DNA of 64,000 nt, taken from assembly GCA_037128175.1 (NCBI GenBank), contig JBAXWY010000003.1, positions 64,001 to 128,000 of the forward strand, in the 5' to 3' direction. Shown here piece after piece: positions 40,481 through 50,840 of this stretch. The stretch comes from Methanothrix sp. GTDB taxonomy: Archaea > Halobacteriota > Methanosarcinia > Methanotrichales > Methanotrichaceae. Made by a program: the position numbers and the translations under genes. Under the pieces are notes generated by a model that made no database searches, was not told the origin of the DNA, and saw only the letters and a list, made by a program, of their open reading frames with translations. Positions within the stretch are counted from its first letter, which is position 1, and the number at the start of each line of letters is the position of its first letter.

Positions 40481-41587
40481 ATGACTATGATTTGGGCCAG
40501 CGTCTGCCGTCTCATCCTTCTTGCTCTGATCATGCAGCCGGCCCTATCCGAGGACTGGCCAGACTGCAAATTCCAGTGCCAGGCCAATGATGTAACGGTA
40601 TCACGGCTGTGGCTGGGCGATGATAGGGGGGCAGATCTGTTTTCTGCAGTGCCGGGTGAAAAGCAATCCTGTTATCTCTGGGCCACATTTCGTAATAATG
40701 CCAATGCACCACGATATGCAGCGATCTTGCTGGCCGATCTGTACCTGTCTGGCACATTAAGCAGGTCTTTTTATAACGATGGCCTTTGCGTCCTGGACAA
40801 AATCGAAGCAAAATCCACCGTAGACTATCCCCTCTATAATATTATCTGGACGAGGGGTGAAGAGGTTCGGCTCAAGAGGCTTGTGTTGAGCTGGGAGACT
40901 GCAAAAGATACAAGCTGCAGACAGGCCGTTCGCAAGTGCAGCAATCGCAATACAAAGTGCTATGGTGGCCAGGAAGCAGAGTTTCTGGTAGAGATGCCTC
41001 TTTCAGCCTTCTTCACAGGGGATTTGCAGGATTGCTCTGGTATTACTAAATTCGCGGACCAGACGACCGGAGGAATTGGACCGTATGACTACGATTGGGA
41101 TTTTGGTGATGGATTTCATAGCCCGGCCAAGAACCCGTCCCACACTTACAATAGTCCGGGAACCTACATAGTGAGATTGCAGGTAAGAGATCGATCCGGC
41201 AAGGTAACTTATGCCGACCGGCAGATCGTCTTTAATTTCTGTCCTTGCACCATTATTGGGCAGAATCACGCATGTCTGAGCAAAACCGAGACCTACAAAG
41301 TCACGTTGACCGGCTTTATTCCGGGCTCAATTAAATGGCAATTGGACGGAAGAGAGATTAGTGGGGTTTTGTCGCAGGAAGAGTCGGATGATTCTCATGA
41401 GTCGGATGAGTCGCATGAAGGAGAAAGCATAGACATTGATTGGCAGAAATTTGGGCTGGGCCAACATGATCTACAGGTTTATGTGACGGATGAAAATGCC
41501 GAGAGCGGCCCCAAGCAGTGGGCCGCGTGCAACATGAACATAACCGTTACACCTGAGCCGGTAGCAGTTATTAGCTGGGTAGTGTGA
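40481..41587 (+). CDS. Secreted Cys-rich PKD-domain protein
   Basis: Signal peptide; YDWDFGDG...NPSHTY...PGTYIVRLQV. Confidence 0.85.
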   Translation: MTMIWASVCRLILLALIMQPALSEDWPDCKFQCQANDVTVSRLWLGDDRGADLFSAVPGEKQSCYLWATFRNNANAPRYAAILLADLYLSGTLSRSFYNDGLCVLDKIEAKSTVDYPLYNIIWTRGEEVRLKRLVLSWETAKDTSCRQAVRKCSNRNTKCYGGQEAEFLVEMPLSAFFTGDLQDCSGITKFADQTTGGIGPYDYDWDFGDGFHSPAKNPSHTYNSPGTYIVRLQVRDRSGKVTYADRQIVFNFCPCTIIGQNHACLSKTETYKVTLTGFIPGSIKWQLDGREISGVLSQEESDDSHESDESHEGESIDIDWQKFGLGQHDLQVYVTDENAESGPKQWAACNMNITVTPEPVAVISWVV

Positions 41588-41593
41588 TATTGA

Positions 41594-44500
41594 TTGAAAA
41601 CAATATTTGTAATCTCAGCATGCTTCGCCCTGATTTTAGCATTTTTGAGCATCGCTCCTGCTCTGGCTGCCATGGAAAAAGAGGTGCCGTCCGGGAGCAT
41701 TTTCAACTTTGCTGCCCAGAACGTATCTCAAGAAGATGTGTCTTTCCAGTGGAGCGCATCTGATGGAAGCCCAACGAGCTCCACGGAAAGATCTTTTCGG
41801 TGGACGGCACCCATTGTCGATTCACCCCAGAATGTGGTCATATCGCTAAATATAACTAACTCATATGGCTGCTGCAAATATTATAATAATACTTATAATC
41901 TTCGTGTGCTTCCCAGATCGGTGGCCAAGATCTCCTTGAAAAAAGATTGCTTATTCACGGCCCCCGTCAGAATAGGAGACCCTGTATTGTACACATATAA
42001 CGTAACAAATCAGGGAACTTTGCCTCTCGTGGACTTGAATCTCACCGACCTGCAGAACTGGGGGCCGGATTGCCTGCCGATTTATAAATCTGGAGATGAT
42101 GGAAACAGGGTGCTTGATCCGGGAGAATCATGGTGGTATGAATACTATTATCGGGTTTTAGATCCGTCTGATTATCCCATGCTTCGCATCATGCAAAGCA
42201 AGATGGGTTCCACACAGCTCTCGGAGACGATACAAAGGCTGATGGAAAAGAAGGTTCGCCTGGAGATTGTGATGGATAACTTACGCCGATTTGCAGGCCA
42301 ATTCGATATGCAGGCAGCCGAGCTGGTCACAAGTCATGAAATCCTAAACTATACATATTACAACTACAGCAATGAAGTGACGGGCGAATCCTTCAGCAAA
42401 ATAGTAGATCTAAAAGGCAACCTGAATAAAACCATCTACCTGGACACCATATCCGGTGCCGTGTTAACTGTGCGATATGCTGTATCCGGCAAGATCCTCT
42501 CCGAAGAACTCTACTATCCCCCACCCGGAACTAAAGAGTACTTCAAAATAGAGTACGATTTGCCGGCTAAGGGATATAATACTATTACTATCATTGATTA
42601 TATCTCTGGAGATACACTAATTCTGATTGTAGACGGCAGGGGAAATATTTTGAGCAAGGAGTATCGAAGAACTCCGGGATATCAGCTTTACATAGAGAGA
42701 TTTTTGCTCAAGAATAAGGCCACAGTGACTGCTAAAACCAGAGACGGAAAAGATGTGTCCGATTGGGATTCATTCACACTGGAAGTCTTCCGGCCCCTGC
42801 CCGAGTTACGAGTGACAAAGACAGCTCAGCCGGAATCGGCAATTTTGGGCGGTCTCCTGAACTATACCATTTTTTATGAAAATATTGGTGGTGCAGATGC
42901 CCATGATGTTGTGATCAAGGAGACATACAACAAGAGTCTCACCTTCCTTACCTCTGACCCCGTTCCCGATACGGGGACTGTGAATCAATGGAGCCAGGGA
43001 GTCCTCAAGATAGGGGAGTCAGGCCGGATACAAATCCAGGCCAGGGTCAATGCCCTTGCATTGCCCGGATCGTATATTACCAATCAGGTAGAGCTGATGT
43101 GCAAGGAAAACTCCTCCGCAATTAGTATAATCAATACCACTGTGGGGGGCAATGATTTGTATATTAACAAGAGAGCTTCTGCAAATTTCGTGTCTCCCGG
43201 CAAGAACCTGACCTATTTCATAACGTATCGAAATAATGGTTCTATAAAGCAGACTAATGTGACGATTCAAGATTGGCTGGACCCCTACATCGATCTGGTC
43301 AACGGCAGCTCCCAAAAATATCTCGTGTGGCGGCTGGGAGATTTAAATCCGGGCGAGGTGGGCACAATAACCATAGCGGTAAAGGTAAATAATTCGATTC
43401 CGGTGAGTGCTTCTAAAATCATTAATAAATATCGAATAAATTCCCTCCAGTTTGCCGGGAAAACATGGACATTAGTGACGGGTGTTATTCACGGCGGGTT
43501 GAATATTACCAAGATCGCTTCCTCAGATTTCGTGCCGCCCGGCAGGGAGCTGACCTACACCATAACGTATCAAAATGTGGGCTCTGTAGACCAGACCGAT
43601 GTAACGATTCATGATTGGCTGGACCCCTACGTCGATCTGGTTGATGCCAATCCAACTCTGGACCCGCCTAACGGCAGATCTGGAAATCATCTCTGGTGGA
43701 ACTGGACAGTCTTGAAACCGGGCGAGGGAGGGACAATAACCATAAAGGTGAAGGCAAATATCAATATCCCAAAGGATGTTTCAAAAATTATCAATACTTA
43801 CAAAATTGATTCCAATGAGTATCAAGGAAAAAATACGACATTGGTGACGGATGTGGTCCACTCCCTCTGGATCCGGAAGACGGCAGATAAGAACGCCTAT
43901 AACCGGGAAGATAATATAACATATACAATCAATTACGGGAACGCTGGGATCGAACCTGCCGATTCTGTGAATGTCACCGACCTTCTTCCAGAGGTGATTC
44001 TCATCAGTGCGTCTCCACTTCCGAGTATTATTAGCGGCAATAATCTGACCTGGAGAGTTGGAACTCTAGGCGAAAATGAATTAAGAATCATCCAAATAGT
44101 AGTACAGATCCCTAAGAAAGCGAAGGCGAATTATTACGAGACATCTCTGGTGCAGGGCGATGGTTATGCTTATGTTCGCAAAGGATTTGACACTCAGGAA
44201 AAGAAAGAAGCTCTCATAAACAGGGCAAAAATATCCGGATACTATGGAATATACCTATACAAAGTCATCAGCAATTCAACTGTAGTTATTCTCGGCTCGC
44301 CCGGCACCAGTATTTCCAGTCGGGAGCATGGAAGCGGTTACTACAAAGAGGAGGCAAAGAGCAGCCTGCATCAAGAAAATAAGAGCATCAGCCTGGAAAA
44401 GAATCTGTTTGCCAAATACGGGAAGACTGCCTTTCTCCTGCCCGGGAATCGAAGCCTTAATTACGATTCATTGTGGTCGGATCGAACTCGCGTTGAGAAC

Positions 44501-45790
44501 AGGATCCTGGGCGACTCCCTCAGTGAAAAATATCTATACGCAGATACTCTGAGCCAGAACAGCACTTATGTGGCGGATATGAACCAGACCGTTTACAGTT
44601 CTGAGGCTGATTTCAGCTCCGGCATGGCTCAGATAAGCTATAAAAAGCGTGTCCCTGGCGAAAGAGCTGTTATCCAGGAGATCGATGAAAACTACCACGG
44701 CAGCTTCCGGATAAAAGAGGCCGTGGACTCTTACGGAGAGAGCGTCAAATTCACCAAATCTGCCAAAGGCAAAGGATTTGTATCCTCTGATAAAAGGACA
44801 AAAGGGCTGCAAAGATCCTATGAGTCGGGCAGCGGTTACTACTCATCCCAGGAGACAACTGAGCTTGGCTCAGTCAACAAATACATGAAAGTGCAATATG
44901 CGCCGGTCCTCCTTCGGGCCGGATCCCAAAACCAGAGCTATGCGAGTTTATGGGATGAAGGCATGCTGACCAAAGAAGAGGGGACGGGGGTCCTAATTAG
45001 CAAGGACATCCGTTATGCAACATCTGTCGATATGGAGGCCATGATGGAGAAATCCTCCCTCTCCCTTCTCGGTAAGTTCAATGGAACTCTTGATATAAAT
45101 ATGGAAAACGGGCCGCGCATCGGTCTGGATCAGACGCTCCTCGGAAGCTTTCAGATCGATACGGCGATAAGCATCCACGCCACGCCCAAGCATCTATATC
45201 CCCATGTGAATATCAGCAAGACGGCAGTCATGCTGGATGAAAATACCGTCCTCTTTCTCATCAATGTCAGCAACGACGGCAACAAGTTGCTCAAACCACT
45301 AAATGTAACAGATTATCTTCCCAAAGGCTGCAGCTACATCAACTCCAGCATCAGAGCTAAGACGAACGGCAGCATGGTCAATTGGACCCTTCCCTCCCTT
45401 GATATCGGCAGAACGCTGACCATAAAGATGAGAGCCAAGGTGGATGGCGGGCGCGCCTATTATACGAATAAGGTGAGCGTCAGGGCCGTCTCTAAGGAGA
45501 GCATAGTTCTGGCCAAGAACAGCACCACCTTTGAGGCTTACTATCAGCCGCTGCCCTGCTGCCCGGAAGTGGGCACAGGCGCGGACACGGGTGCAGACAG
45601 CAAGATCAATGCCACCAGTCTCTTTAACGCTACACCCGTGAAAGGATATTGGGGTGCATGGAATCCTCCCCCAGGTTTCAATATCACCGGAAATATGACG
45701 GAATGTTCAGCGGAGTCGGAAGCCTATTATGATGAGATGGAAAAGGATGCGGCCCTGTGCAGTTGTGCATCCAATTACGAGGTACCGTAA
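41594..45790 (+). CDS. Large secreted DUF11-repeat protein
   Basis: Signal peptide; several K.A....V.PG..LTY.I.Y.N.G domains; HGSGYY/GSGYY beta-rich region; Cys-rich tail; many NxS/T sequons. Confidence 0.85.
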   Translation: MKTIFVISACFALILAFLSIAPALAAMEKEVPSGSIFNFAAQNVSQEDVSFQWSASDGSPTSSTERSFRWTAPIVDSPQNVVISLNITNSYGCCKYYNNTYNLRVLPRSVAKISLKKDCLFTAPVRIGDPVLYTYNVTNQGTLPLVDLNLTDLQNWGPDCLPIYKSGDDGNRVLDPGESWWYEYYYRVLDPSDYPMLRIMQSKMGSTQLSETIQRLMEKKVRLEIVMDNLRRFAGQFDMQAAELVTSHEILNYTYYNYSNEVTGESFSKIVDLKGNLNKTIYLDTISGAVLTVRYAVSGKILSEELYYPPPGTKEYFKIEYDLPAKGYNTITIIDYISGDTLILIVDGRGNILSKEYRRTPGYQLYIERFLLKNKATVTAKTRDGKDVSDWDSFTLEVFRPLPELRVTKTAQPESAILGGLLNYTIFYENIGGADAHDVVIKETYNKSLTFLTSDPVPDTGTVNQWSQGVLKIGESGRIQIQARVNALALPGSYITNQVELMCKENSSAISIINTTVGGNDLYINKRASANFVSPGKNLTYFITYRNNGSIKQTNVTIQDWLDPYIDLVNGSSQKYLVWRLGDLNPGEVGTITIAVKVNNSIPVSASKIINKYRINSLQFAGKTWTLVTGVIHGGLNITKIASSDFVPPGRELTYTITYQNVGSVDQTDVTIHDWLDPYVDLVDANPTLDPPNGRSGNHLWWNWTVLKPGEGGTITIKVKANINIPKDVSKIINTYKIDSNEYQGKNTTLVTDVVHSLWIRKTADKNAYNREDNITYTINYGNAGIEPADSVNVTDLLPEVILISASPLPSIISGNNLTWRVGTLGENELRIIQIVVQIPKKAKANYYETSLVQGDGYAYVRKGFDTQEKKEALINRAKISGYYGIYLYKVISNSTVVILGSPGTSISSREHGSGYYKEEAKSSLHQENKSISLEKNLFAKYGKTAFLLPGNRSLNYDSLWSDRTRVENRILGDSLSEKYLYADTLSQNSTYVADMNQTVYSSEADFSSGMAQISYKKRVPGERAVIQEIDENYHGSFRIKEAVDSYGESVKFTKSAKGKGFVSSDKRTKGLQRSYESGSGYYSSQETTELGSVNKYMKVQYAPVLLRAGSQNQSYASLWDEGMLTKEEGTGVLISKDIRYATSVDMEAMMEKSSLSLLGKFNGTLDINMENGPRIGLDQTLLGSFQIDTAISIHATPKHLYPHVNISKTAVMLDENTVLFLINVSNDGNKLLKPLNVTDYLPKGCSYINSSIRAKTNGSMVNWTLPSLDIGRTLTIKMRAKVDGGRAYYTNKVSVRAVSKESIVLAKNSTTFEAYYQPLPCCPEVGTGADTGADSKINATSLFNATPVKGYWGAWNPPPGFNITGNMTECSAESEAYYDEMEKDAALCSCASNYEVP

Positions 45791-45857
45791 GCGGCTAAAT
45801 CCAGGAAAGCGTTATATTTCCTGGATTTGCCCAATCTTTACTTCCTGGATATCGACC

Positions 45858-47924
45858 TTAGGACTTCTCTTTGGCAACTCTCTTCTGGTGGCGGTACATA
45901 ATGCCCAGAGCGTCCGCAACCTGTTCGGGCGTGCCAAAGACCGGAATGCCGGCATTTTCCATTTTAATGACATCGGTCTGGGCGAACTCCTTTCCCGCCA
46001 CGCAGGCGATGATGGGCTTGCCCTGGTAATCGATCTTCTGGAGAGTATCCACGTAGCTGCCCAGGATCTCCGCCTGCAAGACGACGATAAAGCTGCCCAC
46101 GTCCTGGCTGTCCACACCGATCTCAATGGTTTTCTTCACAGTTTCAGCATCCTGGCTGAAGGTGTAGTCCACGGGGTTCATGCCGCAGACATAATCCGGC
46201 AGCAGACTCTTCAGCCGTTCTTTTAAGGGCGGCTCCAGTTCGGAGAGACGCATGCTGTTATCGGTGATGGCGTCGGCGGCAATGACGCCCAGGGAACCCG
46301 CGTAGGTTATTATGAATACGCCTTCCCTTGTTGGCAGCGGCTGCTTGGAGATGGCACGGGCTAAGTTGAACATGTGCTCATAATCGCGGGCCCGGATGAT
46401 CCCGGACTGGCGAAAGGCGGCGCTGAAGATCAGATCGTTGCCGGCTAAGGATGCCGTGTGTGATGCCACCGCCTTTTTGCCGGCATCGGTTCTGCCGGAC
46501 TTGAGAACGACTATGGGCTTTTCCTGAGTGATACGCCGGGCCACATCTATGAAACGCCGCCCGCCTTTCACGGACTCAAGATACATGCAGATGACATTGA
46601 TGTTCTCGTCTTGGCTCACTGCCTCCAGAATATCGGTCTCGTTGATGTCTAGCTTGTTGCCGATGGTGGCGATAATGCCGAAATCCATGATATGGCGCAG
46701 CCCCCAGAGCATACCGGCTGCGCACACCCCTGCCTGCGAGACCAGGCCGATATTGCCCATGGATAGAGCATCCACAATGCCTATGGATTGGACCATGCTA
46801 CAGTGGGTGTTGATGATGCCTGAGCAGTTGGGGCCGAGCAGCCGCACGCCGTACCTGTCGGCGATATCCTTCATCAGCAGCTCAATCTTCTTGCCGTCCT
46901 CGCCTAATTCGGCGAAGCCGGCTGACTCAACCACGATGTAGCGCACGCCGCACTTGCAGCACTCCTCAACAACATCCGCGGTCACTCCGGCCGAGACGAG
47001 GACGATGGCCACATCCACCGATTCCGGTACGGCGCTGATGCAGGGGTAAGCCTTCAGACCGTGAATCTCATCGGCCTTGGGATTGATGGGATAGAGCTTC
47101 CCACGGAATTTGTGGCTGACGAGATTGGTAAAGACGTTCCATCCCAGCTTTCCCGGCGTGCCGGAGGCACCAATGACGGCAATGCTCCTGGGATAAAACA
47201 GGTCGTGCAAGTCCTGTTCGACGGCAGCAGGCGGGACAGGCCGCGGCTCTCCCAGGATTATGCGAGCATCAACCACCATGTAGCCATCCGGATAGAGGAA
47301 CACGGGATTGATATCCATCTCCGAGATGACGGGATTTGTTATGACAAAGTCCGAGATGGCCATCAATAGCTTCTCCAGCGCCTCAATATCGGAAGAGTAA
47401 CCGCGATACCCTCGCAAAAGAGCATAGCCTTTGATCTCCTCGATCATATCTTTGGCATCGGAGGCAGAGATAGGAATGGAGCGGAAGGAGACATCTTTTA
47501 AAACCTCTACGAAGACTCCGCCCAGACCAAACATCAAAATCGGCCCGAAAGTGGCGTCATTGGCTACTCCCACGATGGCCTCCACCCCCGGCCGGGCCAT
47601 CTTCTGCACCGAGATGCCCGCGACCTTTTTGTCCAGGAATGCCTGGATGATTTCCCGATAGGCGGCTCTCACTTCGTCGGCATCCCTTAAATTTAGCTTA
47701 ACTCCGCCGGCATCGGATTTATGGACTACATCCACAGAAAGCACCTTCATGGCCACGGGAGCGGCCAGGGATTGGAATATCTCTACAGCTTCGTCCTCTG
47801 ACTTTGCTACCCCGGCTCCGGTGGTGGTGATGCCCAGGCTTTCCAGAACGGCTTTGCTCTCATGCTCCATCAGGTAGGTTCTTCCTTCGGCCAGTGCCCT
47901 ATCAATAACTTCTTGCTTTGCCAT
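45858..47924 (-). CDS. ADP-forming acetate/acyl-CoA ligase, fused beta-alpha order
   Basis: N-terminal ATP-grasp (HKSDAGGV, FGLGGVFVE, DINP), CoA-binding domain (AVIGAS, GPNCSG), phospho-His SHTASLAG; start MAKQEV. Confidence 0.9.
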   Translation of the reverse strand: MAKQEVIDRALAEGRTYLMEHESKAVLESLGITTTGAGVAKSEDEAVEIFQSLAAPVAMKVLSVDVVHKSDAGGVKLNLRDADEVRAAYREIIQAFLDKKVAGISVQKMARPGVEAIVGVANDATFGPILMFGLGGVFVEVLKDVSFRSIPISASDAKDMIEEIKGYALLRGYRGYSSDIEALEKLLMAISDFVITNPVISEMDINPVFLYPDGYMVVDARIILGEPRPVPPAAVEQDLHDLFYPRSIAVIGASGTPGKLGWNVFTNLVSHKFRGKLYPINPKADEIHGLKAYPCISAVPESVDVAIVLVSAGVTADVVEECCKCGVRYIVVESAGFAELGEDGKKIELLMKDIADRYGVRLLGPNCSGIINTHCSMVQSIGIVDALSMGNIGLVSQAGVCAAGMLWGLRHIMDFGIIATIGNKLDINETDILEAVSQDENINVICMYLESVKGGRRFIDVARRITQEKPIVVLKSGRTDAGKKAVASHTASLAGNDLIFSAAFRQSGIIRARDYEHMFNLARAISKQPLPTREGVFIITYAGSLGVIAADAITDNSMRLSELEPPLKERLKSLLPDYVCGMNPVDYTFSQDAETVKKTIEIGVDSQDVGSFIVVLQAEILGSYVDTLQKIDYQGKPIIACVAGKEFAQTDVIKMENAGIPVFGTPEQVADALGIMYRHQKRVAKEKS

Positions 47925-48214
47925 TTTGACCCCTAAATTAGCATCTTTTAGTTTGCAGCTATGCATTTGTTTAGCAGGGTTTTATCCTTAAAAAGCTTGC
48001 CCGAATTGTGACTTTGCATGTAAAGTCAGTTCTGCATTAATTCCGTAGTTGAGGTGTGTATATTTAATAATCAATTTCCACATTAAACTTCATTAAATAC
48101 ACGGACTTGTAAAAGAAACGATCTATGGAATTATCGCAATCTGTACCCGCAAAGCAAAACTTTATAAAACGACACAACCTAGGCGTGATACACTAAGAAT
48201 GGAGACCCGTCTTC

Positions 48215-48703
48215 ATGGTCGTAGAAAATACAGAACACGCAAGAGAGCTAATTAAAAGTTGGATGGATAGTCGAGGCTTTTTTGATCCAGCAGCTAGTCC
48301 AAATACTATCCCGGACGGGTTTCATTTCGTAATAGCTGGAAAAGCGGAAAATGGAATTCCCTTTTATGTAATCCAACCCACAGATTTAAACGAGGCTATT
48401 AAAGTAATAGCGAATGTAATGCTTGGCAGAGAGCATTTGGATGCGTTTAATGGCCTGGAAGCTAATGATCGCGAAGAACTATTATGGAATTTACAAAAAG
48501 ATATCATTTTTACACCCACCACATATTCCTTCAACGAGGAATATAAAAAGGATGGCATTTTTACGGGTGCCCAATTTACGAAAGAGATATCTTATGACGA
48601 GCTTACAAAGGGAAAACTCAGTGATGCGGCAATAGATGTCACCAAATGCGTTCTTTGGGTAGTCTGGACTTTTGTAAAAATATTTGGGCCTACAAAGGAG
48701 TAA
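48215..48703 (+). CDS. DUF2299-like protein
   Basis: IKSW, FHFVI, VIQP, H...F..L....REELLWNL pattern; AT-rich. Confidence 0.6.
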   Translation: MVVENTEHARELIKSWMDSRGFFDPAASPNTIPDGFHFVIAGKAENGIPFYVIQPTDLNEAIKVIANVMLGREHLDAFNGLEANDREELLWNLQKDIIFTPTTYSFNEEYKKDGIFTGAQFTKEISYDELTKGKLSDAAIDVTKCVLWVVWTFVKIFGPTKE

Positions 48704-48706
48704 CAA

Positions 48707-49408
48707 ATGTTCAGCCACGGTCGCCAATTTGATACTACAGTGGTGAGGTCCACATTACGGAGTGGGTCTGGAATCGATTGGGGTCTACAAAGAGTTGTTA
48801 ATCCCGCAGTAGCAAAACTAAGATTACGATATTCTATCTCGGACGAAATGATCAGAGAAAGAAATCCAATAAAAATAATAGGTTTAAAGTCACAAATTAG
48901 CACTAAAGATAATATGAGAGATGAAACGATGTATCCTGTGATTAAGTTCTTCGATTGCCATATTAAGTTATCCGAAGGACTCAATAATCTGATTACACAA
49001 AACTTCTCAGATAGCAATATCTATGACCCCATTTCGAATATAATCTCAGAATATGATCATAATCTAGCGCACCTGCCAGACCTCGTATCAGATATTTTCT
49101 TTGACTATACCGATTTGCTCGAGGGAGTTCTCTTAGTATCAAAAAGAAGAGATATTGCTGTAACAGATATTAAAGATATATTGATAAAATTTGGCAATTG
49201 TTATTCTAAAATATATTCCTTGATGAAATCAAGCCATCACAATGATACTACACCAATCGCAGAAGAGTTGGCCCGACTAAAGGAAGAAATAGACAATCGA
49301 GGGCTATTACCCACGGTCGATGAGTGCGAGCAGGAAATGGAAGAGACATTTGAATCAATGAATGGCGAAGAAAAAGAAGATCTAGCTCGCTTGCTTAGGA
49401 CGGATTAA
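48707..49408 (+). CDS. Hypothetical protein
   Basis: 233-aa ORF 3 bp after the previous gene with AAGGAG upstream; acidic helical C-terminus. Confidence 0.6.
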   Translation: MFSHGRQFDTTVVRSTLRSGSGIDWGLQRVVNPAVAKLRLRYSISDEMIRERNPIKIIGLKSQISTKDNMRDETMYPVIKFFDCHIKLSEGLNNLITQNFSDSNIYDPISNIISEYDHNLAHLPDLVSDIFFDYTDLLEGVLLVSKRRDIAVTDIKDILIKFGNCYSKIYSLMKSSHHNDTTPIAEELARLKEEIDNRGLLPTVDECEQEMEETFESMNGEEKEDLARLLRTD

Positions 49409-50038
49409 ACAAAACTGTAAGCAAGGCGTGGCTCCCAGGCAGGCCGTTGCTTCGGAAACGAGTTCTTTTTCGTTTTTCTTTATGTCCGTATAGTCTATGG
49501 TTATGAAATGTGGATTATGAAGTGCTTTATTTTCATTACACCACAAGAACGCATTGGTTAAAAGGTGTGCGTCTCTGTCCTTTAGATTGCCGTCTATTCT
49601 TTTTCTTAGCAACAAGCTATTTATTATTTTGAAAAGCGTATCATATATTTCCTTCGTGGTATTAATATAATCAATATCTTTAATCTCATTATTATCAAAT
49701 AGTGCTTTTCCCGTCATTACTATCAATCTTAATATCCGGTCAGATTTTATAAGTCCGCCGCGCCTTCTTCTTTCGCCAACAGAATGGATTTCTTCATCTA
49801 TAATTCGTTTAGAGCTATAATAATTATGCGTTTTACGAGGGAATTTCTTAAAGTGGTCGTGGCAAGGTTTGTGCCACGTCTTATCAGATAAATCTATATC
49901 ACCATAAATTATTCCAGAATCTAAAAATAAATCATTACGACCCATTAAGGTGGAGTTGTTAGTATGGGCAAATATAGTTTTGCATGATGTGCAAAGCCCC
50001 AAATTGTGGGGAAAAATTTTTGTCATTCCTTTTGTCAT
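49382..50038 (-). CDS. PIN-like domain protein
   Basis: LFLDSGII, DRDAHLL, FITID; true start may be MGRND (49945). Confidence 0.55.
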   Translation of the reverse strand: MTKGMTKIFPHNLGLCTSCKTIFAHTNNSTLMGRNDLFLDSGIIYGDIDLSDKTWHKPCHDHFKKFPRKTHNYYSSKRIIDEEIHSVGERRRRGGLIKSDRILRLIVMTGKALFDNNEIKDIDYINTTKEIYDTLFKIINSLLLRKRIDGNLKDRDAHLLTNAFLWCNENKALHNPHFITIDYTDIKKNEKELVSEATACLGATPCLQFCLIRPKQAS

Positions 50039-50090
50039 CCTCCTTTCGGAAGCGATGCTCTTATCTCGGATAAATGCCTAATAATTTTGC

Positions 50091-50834
50091 ATGGATAAAG
50101 AAATCGTCCAGGTAATCCTTGAGAATGAGCCCACCGTCAAGAACCCACTCTTGATCGAGGGATTCCCGGGAATTGGCCTGGTAGGCAACATTGCCAGCCA
50201 GTACATCGTCACCGAACTGAATATGACCTATCTCGGGGCCATGAGCTCCCGGTACTTCCCGCCACTGGCCGTTCTCACAGGCGGCGTTGTTAACATGCCG
50301 GTTCGCATTTATGAGGATGTGGCCAAGGGCCTGGTAATCCTCACAGCCGACATTCCCGTACATCCCCTGGCCTCTTATGAGATTGGAAAGGAGATCGTAT
50401 CCTTTGCAGAGTCCATAGGCGCTCGGGAGATGGTCTGCCTGGCAGGCATAACGGTGATGGGCGACGAGCACCGGGTCTTTGGTGCAGTGAGCAGGCTGGA
50501 TCTGCTTGATAAGATAAAGGACAAGGCCGAGATCTTTGAGATAGGGACAATTACCGGCATTACCGGCAGCATCATGAACGAGTGCCGTATAAGAAATCTG
50601 CCTGCTATCTGCCTTTTGGGCGAGACGGCTTCGGCGGAACCCGACCCAAGAGCGGCCATTGCCACGATCGAGACGCTCAATAAGATCTACGATTTGGGGA
50701 TAAACACGGCCAAACTCTCCGAGCAGGCTGAGCAGATCGAGGTGCAGATGGCGCAACTGGCCCAGCAGATGAAAGGGGCATCTACCGAGGAACAACAAGC
50801 TCAGATGCCCAAAGAGTTTCCTATGTACGGGTGA
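50091..50834 (+). CDS. Proteasome assembly chaperone (PAC2 family)
   Basis: LIEGFPGIGLVGNIA, PVRIY, PDPRAA. Confidence 0.92.
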   Translation: MDKEIVQVILENEPTVKNPLLIEGFPGIGLVGNIASQYIVTELNMTYLGAMSSRYFPPLAVLTGGVVNMPVRIYEDVAKGLVILTADIPVHPLASYEIGKEIVSFAESIGAREMVCLAGITVMGDEHRVFGAVSRLDLLDKIKDKAEIFEIGTITGITGSIMNECRIRNLPAICLLGETASAEPDPRAAIATIETLNKIYDLGINTAKLSEQAEQIEVQMAQLAQQMKGASTEEQQAQMPKEFPMYG

Positions 50835-50840
50835 TGCCTC

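Noticed and set aside
50061-50798. 245-aa minus-strand ORF
   Set aside because: Antisense shadow of the PAC2 gene
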